Source: Octopus vulgaris
Lineage: Eukaryota
Assembly (NCBI GenBank): GCA_951406725.2
Contig: OX597823.1
Span: forward strand, 60,326,001 to 60,390,000
Direction of reading: 5' to 3'
Length of the DNA: 64,000 bases
Positions 1 through 13,222 of this stretch are shown here, piece after piece; the stretch's first letter is position 1, and each line of letters starts with the position of its first letter. The notes below the pieces were generated by a model that did not search any database, was not told the DNA's origin, and was given only the letters and a program-made list of their open reading frames with translations. The translations under genes and the position numbers were made by a program.

Positions 1-342
1 ATTGATATTTTTGTTTTCTGGAGACATTCTCCTCCAGTTTCTTTCTTTTGATTGTTTTTTAATATTTCAATGTTTTTTTTTTTTTTTTGTTGTTGTTGAT
101 ATTGTTTTGTTTTGCTTTGTGAGTGAGTGTATGTTTGTGTGTGATTCTTATTTCATTTTTCTCTTATTTTATCATTTTCATCTATCGTTATATACGTGTA
201 AGTTTATTAGTTTGTTTTATGAGTACATTTCATATATGTTGTATGTGTGCATATATACTGTTTTATGCATATGTTTATATTTGTATGTATGTGTGCGTGT
301 GAGTTTATGTATTTGCTTATTCATTTTTCTTTCTTATTGCAG

Positions 343-478
343 TTTGTTAGCAATAATGCCTTTGGTTACAGGTTTCCAATGGGCCAATCATTGGTTCACT
401 GCATTTCTGACAGTGAGAGTGACAAGGGAGTGTCTGTATCTTGATGCTGAACAAATCTCAAAGGACTTTGTTCATAAG
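343..478 (+). CDS. Candidate exon of an unidentified gene
   Basis: Pyrimidine tract and ttgcag acceptor before a non-repetitive, higher-GC island. Frames read FVSNNAFGYRFPMGQSLVHCISDSESDKGVSVS* or LLAIMPLVTGFQWANHWFTAFLTVRVTRECLYLDAEQISKDFVHK. Confidence 0.3.
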
Positions 479-699
479 GCAGTATTTCTTTTTTTTTTTT
501 TTTCTTGCAGTAAGGTTTACATCCATCATTGATATATATTTTTGAGAGATGTATGTGTGTGAGAGTGAATATGTGTTGTATAATTGTGTATATACACAAT
601 TATGGCTGGTAAGCAAACTTGTTAACCATACAGCCAATATATATATGTATGTATATGTAAGTGTGTGTGTATGTGTGTGTGTGTGTGTATATATATAAA

Positions 700-1020
700 G
701 GAGCACTCCGTCGGTTACGAAGATGAGGGTCCCAGCTGATACAATCAATGGAATAGCTTGCTCATGAAACTAACGTGCAAGTGACTGAGCAATCCACAGA
801 CATGTGTACCCCTAATGTAGTTCTCAGGGAGATTCAGCGTGACACAAAGTGTGACAAGACTGGCCCTTTGAAATACAGGTATAACTCATTTTTGCCAGGT
901 GAGTGGATTGGAGCAACATGAAATAAAATGTCTTGCTCAAGGACACAACACGTCGCCAGGAATTGAACTCACGACCTTACACTCATGAGCCGAATGCCTT
1001 AACCATTAAGCCAAGCACCT
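700..1020 (-). mobile_element. tRNA-derived SINE family C
   Basis: Minus-strand tRNA head (ggcttaatggttaagg...gagttcaattcc) and tccttgagcaagaca box; second copy at 28603-28910. Confidence 0.85.
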
Positions 1021-3498
1021 TCACAATATATATATTGTGCTTTTCTAACAAAAATTTCATATTAGTAATACAACTATTTTAAAGTTTGACTTTGTTTTCT
1101 TTTTCTTATTTTTAAAGAATTTTTTCATATTTCTTCATTAGCCCTTTTTTGTTTCGTTGGAAACAATAGCATTCCAATATCATCTGTTACCATTTCAAAT
1201 CTTTCACCGTTTCCTCGTCTGAAGAACAGGATGGCAACAATGGTGTGTTGGTTGCATGCACTGCAGTAGGTTTCAAAGAACCATGGAAGAATGGATTTAG
1301 GAATACTAATATCTATTTAGTATTACTAATACTTAGTAATACTTAATTAGGATTTAGGAATACTAATATCAGAAACTGAACACAAACAGCTAATAACAAA
1401 ATATGTAAACTACAAGTAAAAAAAACATCAAAATCTAACCTAATCATAATTTTATCCACATACACAAATGCACATACATACATGCACACACTCTTGAACA
1501 CACACACACACACACACATGCATGCATACACATATAATTTGCAAAGACTTGTGGTAATCTATTTGTTATAAGATACTTCTGCCAAAGAAAACTTGAAATA
1601 TAACGTATATTGGCCAGTTTAGGAGATAGGCAATGAAGTGGAATGCAAAAATCTATCATGCTTCTTGAATTTCTGAAATAAATTAGCGAATGCTTCAAAA
1701 CTGATAAATCACACACATACGCACACATGCACGTACATAAACAAGCACACACACACACACACGCGCGCACAAATGCACACATGCATACACACACACACAC
1801 ACATAAACACATATTTGTCTTTCTTATTATTTATTTATTTACAAGATCTTCATGTGATTCCTACATTTTCATTATCAGCATTTAACATCCATTTTCCATT
1901 GCTGGCATGTGTTAGACAGCTTAACAGGACCTGGCAAGGTCAGAGGCTGCACCAAGTTCCATAGTCTATTGCAGCTTGGTTTCTATGGCTGGATGCCCTT
2001 CCTAATGCCAACCACTTTACACAACGTACATGGCGCCTTTTATATGGTGACATCACCAGTGCTTTTTAGATGGCATCGCAGCAGTACTTTTTATGTTGCA
2101 TCAGCACCCACACCAATGTTTTTAGAATCTCAATTCTGTTGTGGCAGGCAGGTATTCTTGAGTACAGCAGTGTGCCACATATCTCAGTACTCTGTCATCT
2201 CCTTTGTAATACTCAGCATTTTGAGACTGGCTTTCAATACTTCATTCCATGTCTTTTTGGATCTCCATCTTCTACAACTTCCCTCCACTGAAAAATCCAA
2301 CAGTACCAAAAAGTTTTCAAAATTCTAGGTTCTTCTTGTCTTTTTAACAACATACCATATTTATCTGTGAATGAGTTTCACCCTTAACAATTTTGCATTT
2401 AAACCAGCCATCTCCAGCTAAAATATTCTACCTGATATATATATCCAAACCAGCCAGATCCAGTTTTCACACAACCCTACAATATCATTCTAAAAATAAC
2501 AGCTACCCCTAAAATCTCAAAGCCACAAAATAATGCATGATTCATTTAAAACAATATGAGTAAATAAGGTTTTCATCTGATTCCTAAGTTTTCATCATCA
2601 TCAACAACATTTAACATCCATTTTCCACGCTGGCATGAGTTAGACAGTTTGACAAGAACAAGAAAGGTCAGGTGCTGTACCAGGTTCCATAGTCTGTTTG
2701 GGTTTGGATTTCCCTCTTCCACAACTCTCCTCTTGTTTTGAACATTGGAAATTCTAACAGCATCAAAAATTTTTCAAAATTTTGTGTTCTTCCCTTTCTT
2801 TTAAGAACATATCATATTTACCTGTGTATAAGTTTTACCCTTAACACTTTCACATTTTAACCAGCCATATACAACTAAAATATTCTGCCTATTTTATAAT
2901 CAAACTGACCAGATCTGGCCTCTCATGCCAATCCTGCAATATCCTCCTAAAATAACAGTTATCTCCTCAAAATCTCAAACCTTCAAAATAATGCATGACT
3001 ATTTCAAAACATTTCTTTATACCCAGAATAATGTGAATGCTAAAGAGTTAATTTAGTGTTAAATTTTGGTCCAAAATTTTACCCTTCATTGTTTTCAATT
3101 TTACCCCATGTATAAGTTGTGCCTCAGCTTTCTTCAATGAAAATCAATACAAAACAGTGTGACTTATGCACTGATAGATACAACCTGTGTTGTTTCATCA
3201 TGAAAAAATTCCATTCCTAGCAATTTACAGAAGGTTTTAAGCATTAGAGGAACTCTCCATCGCACTTGGGTGTTTTCAGGTGCAGCCACGGATGCATGGT
3301 TAACAAGCTCACTTTGCAACCATTCTGCCTAAATAATGGATATCTTAATAATGCCTAATAATGGATAAATAATGGAAATGCAACATCCTTGCTTATCTCA
3401 CATCTATTTTCATTCCTCCACTTCACTTTCTATTTCATATCTTATCTAAGTTAAATATTGCTTAACTACTTTCTCACATCGTCTCCAATGAAGGGATC

Positions 3499-3680
3499 TG
3501 GGCGAAATGCGTAGCCGTATTTCGTCTGCCGTTACGTTATGAGTTCAAATTCCGCCGAGGTCGACTTTGCCTTTCATCCTTTCGGGGTCGATAAATTAAG
3601 TACCAGTTACGCACTGGGGTCGATATCTGTCCTTGTTTGTCATCTCTGTGTTTAGCCCCTTGTGGGTAATAAAGAAATAA
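3499..3680 (+). mobile_element. SINE family B (gcctttcatcctttcggggtcgataaa domain, Meta/MESC-like)
   Basis: gagttcaaattcc B-box plus conserved central domain. Other copies at 14575-14788, 18045-18180, 33530-33800, 34085-34247, 35043-35240 and 39712-39906. Confidence 0.85.
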
Positions 3681-3785
3681 TAATAAATAGCCTGGAAACA
3701 GCTGTAAGACCTTCTATTTATAAATGTTCTAAAATCTTCACAGCCTTGGATTTTTATTTCATTCTGAATTTTTTTTTTATATATA

Positions 3786-3953
3786 GGCGTAGGACTGGCT
3801 GTGTGATAAGTAGCTTGCTTATGAACCACATGGTTCTGGGTTTAGTCCCACTGTGTGGCACCTTGGGCATGATTCTATTATAGCCTCAGGCCGACCAAAG
3901 CCTTGTGAGTGGATTTGGTAGACAGAAACTGAAAGAAGCCCGCAGTATATAAG

Positions 3954-3984
<31 letters not shown>

Positions 3985-4195
3985 ATATGTTTGTGTGTCT
4001 GTGTTTATCCCCCCAACATCACTTGACAACTGATGCTGGCGTGTTTACATACCCATAACGTAGCGGTTTGGCAAAAGATACCAATAGAATAAGTACTAGG
4101 CTTACAGAGAATAAGTCCTGGGGTTGATTTGCTCTCAGCTAAAGGTGGTGCTCCAGCATGGCCACAGTCAAATGACTGAAACAAGTAAAAGAGTA
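3786..4195 (+). mobile_element. tRNA-derived SINE family A (CORE-like box, internal microsatellite)
   Basis: A/B-box head, accttgggcaag-type box, 3' cagtc-aaat-gactg hairpin; more than 12 copies in the window. Confidence 0.9.
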
Positions 4196-4480
4196 TACAC
4201 ACACTGACCTACGTAGGACTCCTTATTCGCATAATAACTGAACCTGGAGCTTAACTATGGTCTGTCCATAGCACTTACTCAGCATTACCTGACACCTTTA
4301 TTGACACCATTACCTCTCATAACATCTATCCTTAAATGATGATATATAATCAGTATATCATGGCCATCAGGATCTGATCAGATGTGTGAAAAAGTAAGTG
4401 CTTCATGGATGCAAAGCCCTGGGTAACTCTATGAACTGGCCATAACTAACATTTTCTAAATATATAGATAAATAGATAGG

Positions 4481-4524
<44 letters not shown>

Positions 4525-4542
4525 TAGTTAGATGGATGGATG

Positions 4543-4586
<44 letters not shown>

Positions 4587-4596
4587 TAGATTGATA

Positions 4597-4632
<36 letters not shown>

Positions 4633-5224
4633 TGTGTACATATGTGGTGTTTTTATCTTTGTGTTTGTCCATCACCACTAGCACCACTACTTGGCAACTG
4701 GGCTTGTTTTGGTTACATACCTGTAATTTAGCAGTGTAGCCAAAAAGATCAATATAACAAGTACCAGACTTGAAAAAAATATGTACAGGGATCAATTTGC
4801 TCAGCAAAACCTATCAAAGTGGTACTCCAGCATGGCCACAGTCGAATGAGTGAGACAACTAAATGTTAAAAGATATTACAGAACTGTATTCTGATTTCTT
4901 AAAAGAAACTACGTACAGTCTGAAAAATGATTCATTATTTACCTGTTTTGAAACATTCAAGTATTTGTTTCTGCAATTCAAACCAGCCACATTATAATTT
5001 TACATTCCTCATTAATCACATTGTTTAATTGGAGTTGTTAACATTAATGACTCGGTGAAAAATCATTCTAATATCAGATATATGTGATGTGTGTGTGCGT
5101 GTGTGTGTGTGTGCGCATGTGCGCACTTGTGTGTGTATACTATGTCATTCTTGCACATACCTGCATAGGTATCCATATACACACACAAACATGTGTGTGT
5201 GTGTGTATTCTTTTATTTGTTTAT

Positions 5225-5520
5225 TCTTTTACTTCTTTCAGTCATTTGACTGTGGCCATACTGGAGCACCACCTTTAATCAAGCAAATCAACCCCAGGAC
5301 TTATTCTTTGTAAGCCTAGTGCTTATTCTATCAATCTCTTTTTGCTGAACCACTATGTTATGGGAAACACAGATACACAAGCATATACACACACATACAT
5401 ACATACATATATACATGCATACAGACATACATACATACATACATCATACACACATATATATATATATACATGACAGGCTTCTTTCAGCTTCCATTTACCA
5501 AATCCACTCACAAGGCTTTA
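5225..5520 (-). mobile_element. SINE family A, partial
   Basis: Reverse-complement match to 3786-4195. Confidence 0.85.
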
Positions 5521-5631
5521 CTTATGTATATAAGTATATAAGTATGTTTATATATGTGTGTGTGTGAGTGTGTGTGTGTATGTATGTGTGTGTGTGTGTA
5601 TATATATATGTGTGTGTGTATGTGTGTGTGT

Positions 5632-6050
5632 GGACAACCAAGCAGTTTCCCACTCTGTGGTGGTAGGTCTTCCATCTGGGATTCCACATGCTGTGATACC
5701 TTCTCCAGTGGGAACTTGGTGTGTTCAGCTACTAGCCCATCCTCCACTGCTCGAAAGGCTGAGTAAAGCAAACTGTGAAGGTATCAGTCACTCTCTGACA
5801 GGTTTATGGTTGAACCTTTGGCAATGAAGACCTTTGGCATTCTTGGGCCCTGGACCATATCCCTGCTCACCACTATTACAGCAGAGATGGCAGTTCACAA
5901 GTGCAAAACTCACAAGTCAGAGTGGCTGGTCCAGCACATCTCCCTTGCTATCCTTCAGGGCAACGCCTTTTACATTTTGTCTGCTGAGACCATGAGGTGA
6001 TCTGACTTACAAAAAATTGTACTTTCCACTCCTAACTAGCCAACTTTCTT
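5632..6050 (+). mobile_element. CRE-clade-like non-LTR 3' fragment (RLE domain)
   Basis: WDSTCCDTFS...AE and EPLAMKTFGILGP...WLVQHISLAILQGNA, resembling the CRE-type endonuclease C-terminus; starts in (GT)n. Confidence 0.65.
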
Positions 6051-6056
6051 TTTCTG

Positions 6057-6454
6057 AGTGGCTGTGTGGTAAGTAGCTTGTTTACCAACCACATGGTTCC
6101 AGGTTCAGTCCCACTGCATGGTACCTTGAGCAAGTGTCTTCTACTATAGCCTCAGGTCGACCAAAGCCCTGTGAGTGGATTTGGTGGACAGAAACTGAAA
6201 GAAGTCCGTCATATATATATTTATATATATATATGTGTGTGTATATGTTTGTGCGTCTGTGTTTGTCCCCCCCCCAACATCGCTTAACAACCGATGCTGG
6301 TGTGTTTACTTCGTTGTAACTTAGCGGATTCGGCAAAAGAGACCGATAGAATAAATACTAGGCTTACAAAGAGTAAGTCCTGGGGTCGATTTGTCTGACT
6401 AAAGGTGGTGCTCCAGCATGACCACAGTCAAATGACTGAAACAAGTAAAAGAGT
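6057..6454 (+). mobile_element. SINE family A
   Basis: Near full-length match. Confidence 0.9.
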
Positions 6455-6605
6455 AACTGCTAATTCACCAGTCTGAATCTGTGGTTGTTGTTGTTGCTAT
6501 CATCCGTGGAGGCGTTGGTGGGAGCAGGGAAATGTAAAACAGCTGGTGAAAGATTTTTATTTGTTTCGGTCACTGGACGTCCTCATAGTGCTGGGATAAT
6601 ACCCA

Positions 6606-6999
6606 TTAACCGTTTTTGATAGCAACCCGCTTGAGACTGCCAATGGTTCTATGACACAAACCTTTTAACTGACCAAATCTGGTCCAAATATTTTACTTGT
6701 TTTTCAGTCAAACTAGGCAGACCTGGCCTCTCACATCTACCCTACAATGTAATTCTAAAAATAAACAATCACATCAGCAAAATTTCAAAGCTACAAAATA
6801 ATGCATGATAAACTCAAAGCTACAAGATAATGCATGATATGGCATGATAAAGCTACAAGATAATGCATGATAATGCATGATAAAGCTACAAGATAATGCA
6901 TGATAATGCATGATACAGCTACAAGATAATGCATGATAAAACAATGTGAATGAATAAACATTAAGTTTGATTGAGTGATCTGAATTCTAAAGGGTTTAA
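6606..6999. mobile_element. piggyBac-like MITE with internal tandem repeat
   Basis: Ends ttaacc...aaagggtttaa; internal (aaagctacaagataatgcatgat)n at 6787-6937. Related copies at 2385-2590 and 2841-3050. Confidence 0.55.
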
Positions 7000-7231
7000 G
7001 TGATTGAAATTGTAATCTTCCTTTAAAATGTTATGCTAATTTGTTCTATATAAAAGTTATTTTACTAAATGCTTTGTTATTTTAGAAATTCTTCAAAACA
7101 GAGTTCAGAAATTATTTTAGGGATTTAATAGTTATTGCAATAATTTCTAAGATATAAACAGACATCATTTAAACAAGGAGAGAAGCTTATATGTACATAT
7201 AATCTTATATGTACATATAAGTATTTTATGT

Positions 7232-7488
7232 ACTGTGTGGCACCTTGGGCAAGTATCTTCTATTATAGCCTTGGGCTGACCAAAGCCTTGTGAGTGGATC
7301 TGGTAGACAGAAACTGAAAGAAGCCAATTGTATATGTGTGTGTATGTGTGTGTGTGTGTGTGTGTGTGCGTGCGCGTGTGCGTGTGCGTGCGCGTGTGTG
7401 TGTGTGTGTGAGTGTGCATGTGTGTGGGTGTGTGTACGTGTGCGTGTGTGTGTGTGTGTGTGCATGTGTGTGGGTGTGGGTGTGCGTG

Positions 7489-7536
<48 letters not shown>

Positions 7537-7728
7537 TCCCCACCACCATTGTTTGACAACTGACGTTGGTGTGTTTACGTCCCTCTCACTTAGCGGTTCG
7601 GCAAAAGAGACTAATAGAATAAGTACTAGGCTCACAAAGAATAAGTCCAGGGGTCGATTTGTTCAACTAAAGGTGGTGCTCTAGCATGGCTGCAGTTAAA
7701 TGACTGAAACAAGTAAAAGAGTAAAAGA
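7232..7728 (+). mobile_element. SINE family A with expanded internal (GT)n
   Basis: Match on both sides of a ~200-bp microsatellite. Confidence 0.9.
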
Positions 7729-8487
7729 ATATATGCAGTGGGATTGAACCTGAAACCACACGAGGCAAAGATAAATGCAGATTAAACCACGGCTATTCTG
7801 CTTCATTAAACCAGCACCTTACAGTGTTTATGCTACGATTCTTCTTGTCTTTCTTTGCAGTGTATAAAAGAGGTCCTCATTAGTAAGTCAAAGAAAAGAA
7901 TGTGAGAGAACCTGTTTCAGCATGCTCTGAGGTGTGAATTAAAAGAAAAAAAGAGGGGGAAAAAAGGGGGGGCCGGTGAGACAGAGTAGAAGAACAGAGA
8001 AGAGAGAAATCAGAAAATGAAAGGATGAAATTGGAAGTTTGGAAATGAGACTACTAATAAAACAAAATCATCACAATAAAAGAGTTGGAGAAGTGACTGA
8101 GCCCAGAGGAATGAGAGAATTGATAAGAAATACAATAGCTTGTAAGGTGTCTGCTGATGAAGTATATATATATCACTATCATATATCAGAATTTATCAAT
8201 TTTTATCATGAAGAATGCTGAATATGTTATTGGGGTTCTGCAGCAGTAGGTCTTTATTTTTTTTTTTTTTATCCAAAAATCTCCGTCATACGTGAATCTG
8301 GAATTGATCTTTATTCTTTGAACACAGACATATTCCAAAAGCCATTAGCCAGTATATAAGTGTAATTGTTTGTGTGTGTGTGTGTGCGCGCACACACATA
8401 TACATATAAATATATATATAAATATATATATACAAATATATATATATATATACAAACATATGTATATATATAAATATATATATACAG

Positions 8488-8538
<51 letters not shown>

Positions 8539-8547
8539 TGCATGCAT

Positions 8548-8597
<50 letters not shown>

Positions 8598-9182
8598 TCA
8601 TACATACATACATACATATATACATACACACATATATAATAATTATGTATATGTATACATATACATATATATATATATTGGTCAAGTTAGTCTCTTACTA
8701 CTCTGGGTTTCATTCACTTCTAGGAGCACAGGTTCTACAGGCAAGTTATGATTCATGAAAATTATAGAATTTACACACATGCACACACACGCACTCACAC
8801 ACATACAAAAATATATATATATATGCGATTGCTGTCAGTGGTTGGGATTTACTCATTCCTCATCCAATCATTTATTCACTCATTCAGAATGAACATGTGT
8901 AGTAATGACTGACCATATAAATAAATGATAAAGAGAATAGAGTGAATAACATTATTAATCTTAACTATGATATTGAATGCTTTTTCTTCTGACAGTCAAC
9001 TCTAAATAGGTGTGTGTGTGTGTGTGTGCACACTGGTAGATGGGTTTGAATATGAGTTATCTCGCCTGTCCATGACTCTAAAATGTTTTTAGATGTAGCA
9101 ATTCGAGAGAATATTGTTGGCCACAGCAATACCAACTCACCAGCAAATGCATGAAGTATATGCAGTTGATAATGTATATGTG

Positions 9183-9214
<32 letters not shown>

Positions 9215-9217
<3 letters not shown>

Positions 9218-10065
9218 TCATCATCATCATCATCATCGTTTAACGTCCGTTCTCCATGCTAGCATGGGTTGGACAGTTCGACCGGGGATCTGGGAAGCCA
9301 GAAGGCTGCACCAGGCTCCAGTCTTATCTGGCAGTGTTTCTACAGCTGGATGCCCTTCCTAACGCCAACCACTCCGTGAGTGTAGTGGGTGCTTTTTACG
9401 TGCCACCTGCACAGGTGCCAGGCGAGGCTGGCAACGGCCACGGTCGGATTGGTGTATTTTATGTGCCACCGGCACGGAAGCCAGACGAGGCGGTGCTGGC
9501 ATCGGCCACGAGTCGGATGGTGCTTTTTACGTACCACCAGACCAGGGATCCTGGCTGGTTCAATTCGATTTCGATTTCACTTGCCCCAACATGTCTTCGC
9601 AAGCAAGGGGTTGGCATGGGTGCCTGTTGTACGGTCCGATTGGTGTATTTTACGTGCCACCGGCACGGAAGCCAGTGGAGGCGGCGCTGGCATCGGCCAC
9701 GAGTCGGATAGTGCTTTTTACGTGCCACCAGACCAGGGAACCTGGCTGGTTCGATTCGATTTGATTTCGCTTGCCCCAACATGTCTTCGCAAGCAAGGGG
9801 GTTGGCATGGGTGCCTGTCGTACGGTCAGATTGGTGTATTTTACGTGCCACCGGCACAGAAGCCAGTGGAGGCGGCGCTGGCATCGGCCACGAGTTGGAT
9901 AGTGCTTTTTACGTACCACCAGACCAGGGATCCTGGCTGGTTCAATTCGATTTTGACTTCGATTTCGATTTCGCTTGCCCCAACATGTCTTCGCAAGCAA
10001 AGGGGGGTTGTCATGGGTGCCTGTCGTCGGATGAGGTTCTATATCGACTTCGCTTGCCTCAACAG

Positions 10066-10066
<1 letters not shown>
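9215..10066 (-). mobile_element. RTE-tail element containing a ~190-bp x3 tandem repeat
   Basis: (cat)n-cgtttaacgtcc...ggatgcccttcctaacgccaacc tail. Units start at about 9449, 9640 and 9830. Other RTE-tail copies at 1880, 2600, 10315, 14960, 17640, 53285 and 60380. Confidence 0.8.
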
Positions 10067-10100
<34 letters not shown>

Positions 10101-10130
10101 TTCCCTTCCTTGGATCTTTCCTGTTCCTAT

Positions 10131-10165
10131 GTTTCTGACAAAGAGCTCCACTCAAAACGTTAAAT
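10131..10165 (+). ncRNA. CpG-decayed minimal hammerhead motif
   Basis: gttt-ctgacaa-a-gagc-tcc-actc-aaaac-gtt-aaat. Three G>A reversions at CpGs restore CUGACGA, gagc/gctc and GAAAC. Confidence 0.45.
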
Positions 10166-10263
10166 CCTCCTTCTTTCTTTCCTTTCATGAGCATCCAATA
10201 ACACTATACTTGTTCCATGTCCTCGTTTTGTTGTGTTTTCTCTTTGTGCTTTCATGTTTGGAT

Positions 10264-10310
<47 letters not shown>

Positions 10311-11040
10311 ATCATCATTGTTATTTAATCTTTGTCTTCTACGCTGGAATGGGTTGCATGGTTTTGACAGTGTCTGACAAGCTAGTAGACTGTCAAGATC
10401 CAATGGCTTGCTTGACATGATTTCCACATTTGGATGCCCTTCCTTACACTAACCACTTTACAGAATGTTTTGGATGCTTTTTCCACAGCACTAGTGTTGG
10501 TGAGATCAACAAGTAACTCACAAACATACATACATATATATATCTAAATATAGACAGACATACATACAGACAGACAGATAGATAGACTAACAGTTAAGAT
10601 TTAAGTACATTCACAAGTGAACCACAAGATGCAAAGAAGTAAAGATAATCATGTACAGATACCATTCACCTACAATGACCATTATACAAAAATTACCCAT
10701 CACCTCCTGTTATTAAATTAACACAAATAAATATAACATTGTATCATGCCATTGTTTACATTCGTTCATATCTCACAAACTTCATGGAAATTTTTAGTAG
10801 CTTTTCTAGCTCTTAGTGGGAAGGTTGTCACATTGCTGCCATTGCTTCTTAGTCTCAGAACTGGTGCTTCCTTCCTGAGTGAAAAGATCCTGGGATCTCA
10901 ATGTATTACAATATAAATTGTTAATGTTTATATACATTCACAAGCACAACACCAGACTGGAAAAGTGAACAGATTGGCCTATAAGAATCGAACCACATAT
11001 CTTTTGAATGCTATTCGACCACTGTTTATATATGTATGCG

Positions 11041-11075
<35 letters not shown>

Positions 11076-11380
11076 TACTCACATTTATGCATATATATAT
11101 ATAAACATATATATGTATACACACACACATATATATTTATATGTCAATAATATATATGTTTACCTATATAAATATGTGTGTGTGCATGTATTTGGTGTGG
11201 ATATACGTGCATGTGTGTATATGAATAAACCTACTCACAGACACATGCAGACACATAGATACACACATACATGGACACATATGTATGTACACTTATATAT
11301 GTATATACATGTATACATATATATATATATATATATTTATATACTTGTATGTATGAATATTTATATATATATATATACAC

Positions 11381-11429
<49 letters not shown>

Positions 11430-11634
11430 CACACACACATATATATATATACATATTTATATATTCATATATACATATATATATATGTATGTATATATAC
11501 ATATATACATATATATAGAGATGCATAAATCCATATATATACATATATATATTCATATATATATATATATATACATACATATATATATATATATAGATAT
11601 ACATATATACATAACATATATATATATATACATA

Positions 11635-11681
<47 letters not shown>

Positions 11682-12510
11682 TACATATATACATATATAT
11701 ATCACATTTATTATCAAACCATTTGTAAAAACCTATCTTTTAACTGCCTATATGAGTCAATAACAAAACAATCATCTATTTTGTTTCCTCCTAATGAGCT
11801 TCTGATTGCTTTTATTACAATAATACTTTGATCTGCATTTTTAATTATAATTTAATAATTTTCGACCATGATTTGTTTCTACGTATTTGTTTGTGTGGTC
11901 CGTCATAATTGTTCTTAGTTTTTTTGTTGTTGGTTATCGGTGTGGAAAATTTGTCATAACATTTTTGTAATTCTCTTGGTTTTTATGTGATAGAGAATCT
12001 CCGTGGAACTATACATTTTTCGGGGGGGGGGATTTTTGTTTTGTTTTTGGTTGTTGTCTGTTTCTTTTTGGTTTTTTTTTTGTGCCTCCCCACCGAGAAC
12101 TATGAAAAAGTGCTTAATCGGTTTGTTTTAGCTAAACATTACCAAATTGCTGTTTGTCTATGAGGTTAGGTTTTGATGTCTAGTGTTTAATAAAGGTGTT
12201 TGTAAAACGTCTTTTGTAAGAGAGCAATAGAGAGAAAAGCTGCAGTGTCCTTTTTTTTTTCCTATGTTTTCTTATTTTGTGTTATTTTTTTCAAGGTTTC
12301 TTTTCTTTTTCTTTTTTCCTTTTTTTTTCCTGCCATACAACAGATCAGGGTATAGTACAAGGAGGACATAAAGAAAGAATTTATAATAGCGATAATAATA
12401 ATGATGATGATGATGATGATGATGACGACGACGACATTGATGTCAATGATGATCATGATCATGATCTTGGTCATGATCATAACAATGAAAATATGAATAT
12501 GAATAAGAAC

Positions 12511-12616
<106 letters not shown>

Positions 12617-12811
12617 TTAATAATAATATTAATAATGATAATAATCAGCATCATTATCATCATCATCATCACCACTATCATCATCATCTTCATCATTATT
12701 ATTATCATCATGTATCGTGGTTATGATGATGGTAGATAAATAAATATATAAATACATAAACGGTGACCAACACCAACCAACGACACCAACAACTAATACA
12801 AAAAACAAAAT

Positions 12812-12869
<58 letters not shown>

Positions 12870-13216
12870 GTATGTATATATATTATGCTGATAGGTGAAG
12901 AGAGCCATTTAAAAACATCAGTGACAATACAGCAATGTTACTTGAATAATAGTGTGTTGATGCGGAGGGCCGGAATAATAGGAACCATTCAGTTTTTGAT
13001 GTATTCTCTGAAGATGACATTGTAAAAGTAAACCAAACTTCTCTTACATTAAAAAGAGAAGGGATAAAGAAATTCTTTAGTTTAGCTTTGTTATTTCTTT
13101 CTGTTTGTTTTTGGGGTTTTTTTTTTGTTTTTGGTTTTCGGGTTTTTTTTTTTGGTTTTGGGTTTTTTTTGGGGGGGTTTTGCTTTTTTGTTACCCTTCC
13201 CCTTCTCTCAAACTAG

Positions 13217-13222
13217 ATAGCG
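13217..13222 (+). CDS. Candidate 6-nt micro-exon ATAGCG
   Basis: cccttccccttctctcaaactag|ATAGCG|gtaagc; frame-preserving length. Confidence 0.25.

Noticed and set aside
9389-10138. 249-aa ORF and a CRISPR-like repeated appearance
   Set aside because: It is a plain tandem repeat with no unique spacers, in eukaryotic context, and open in several frames.
11008-11763. Long ORFs of YI/CV/HT/poly-I/poly-D type throughout the window
   Set aside because: They are translations of di-, tri- and tetranucleotide microsatellites that lack stops.
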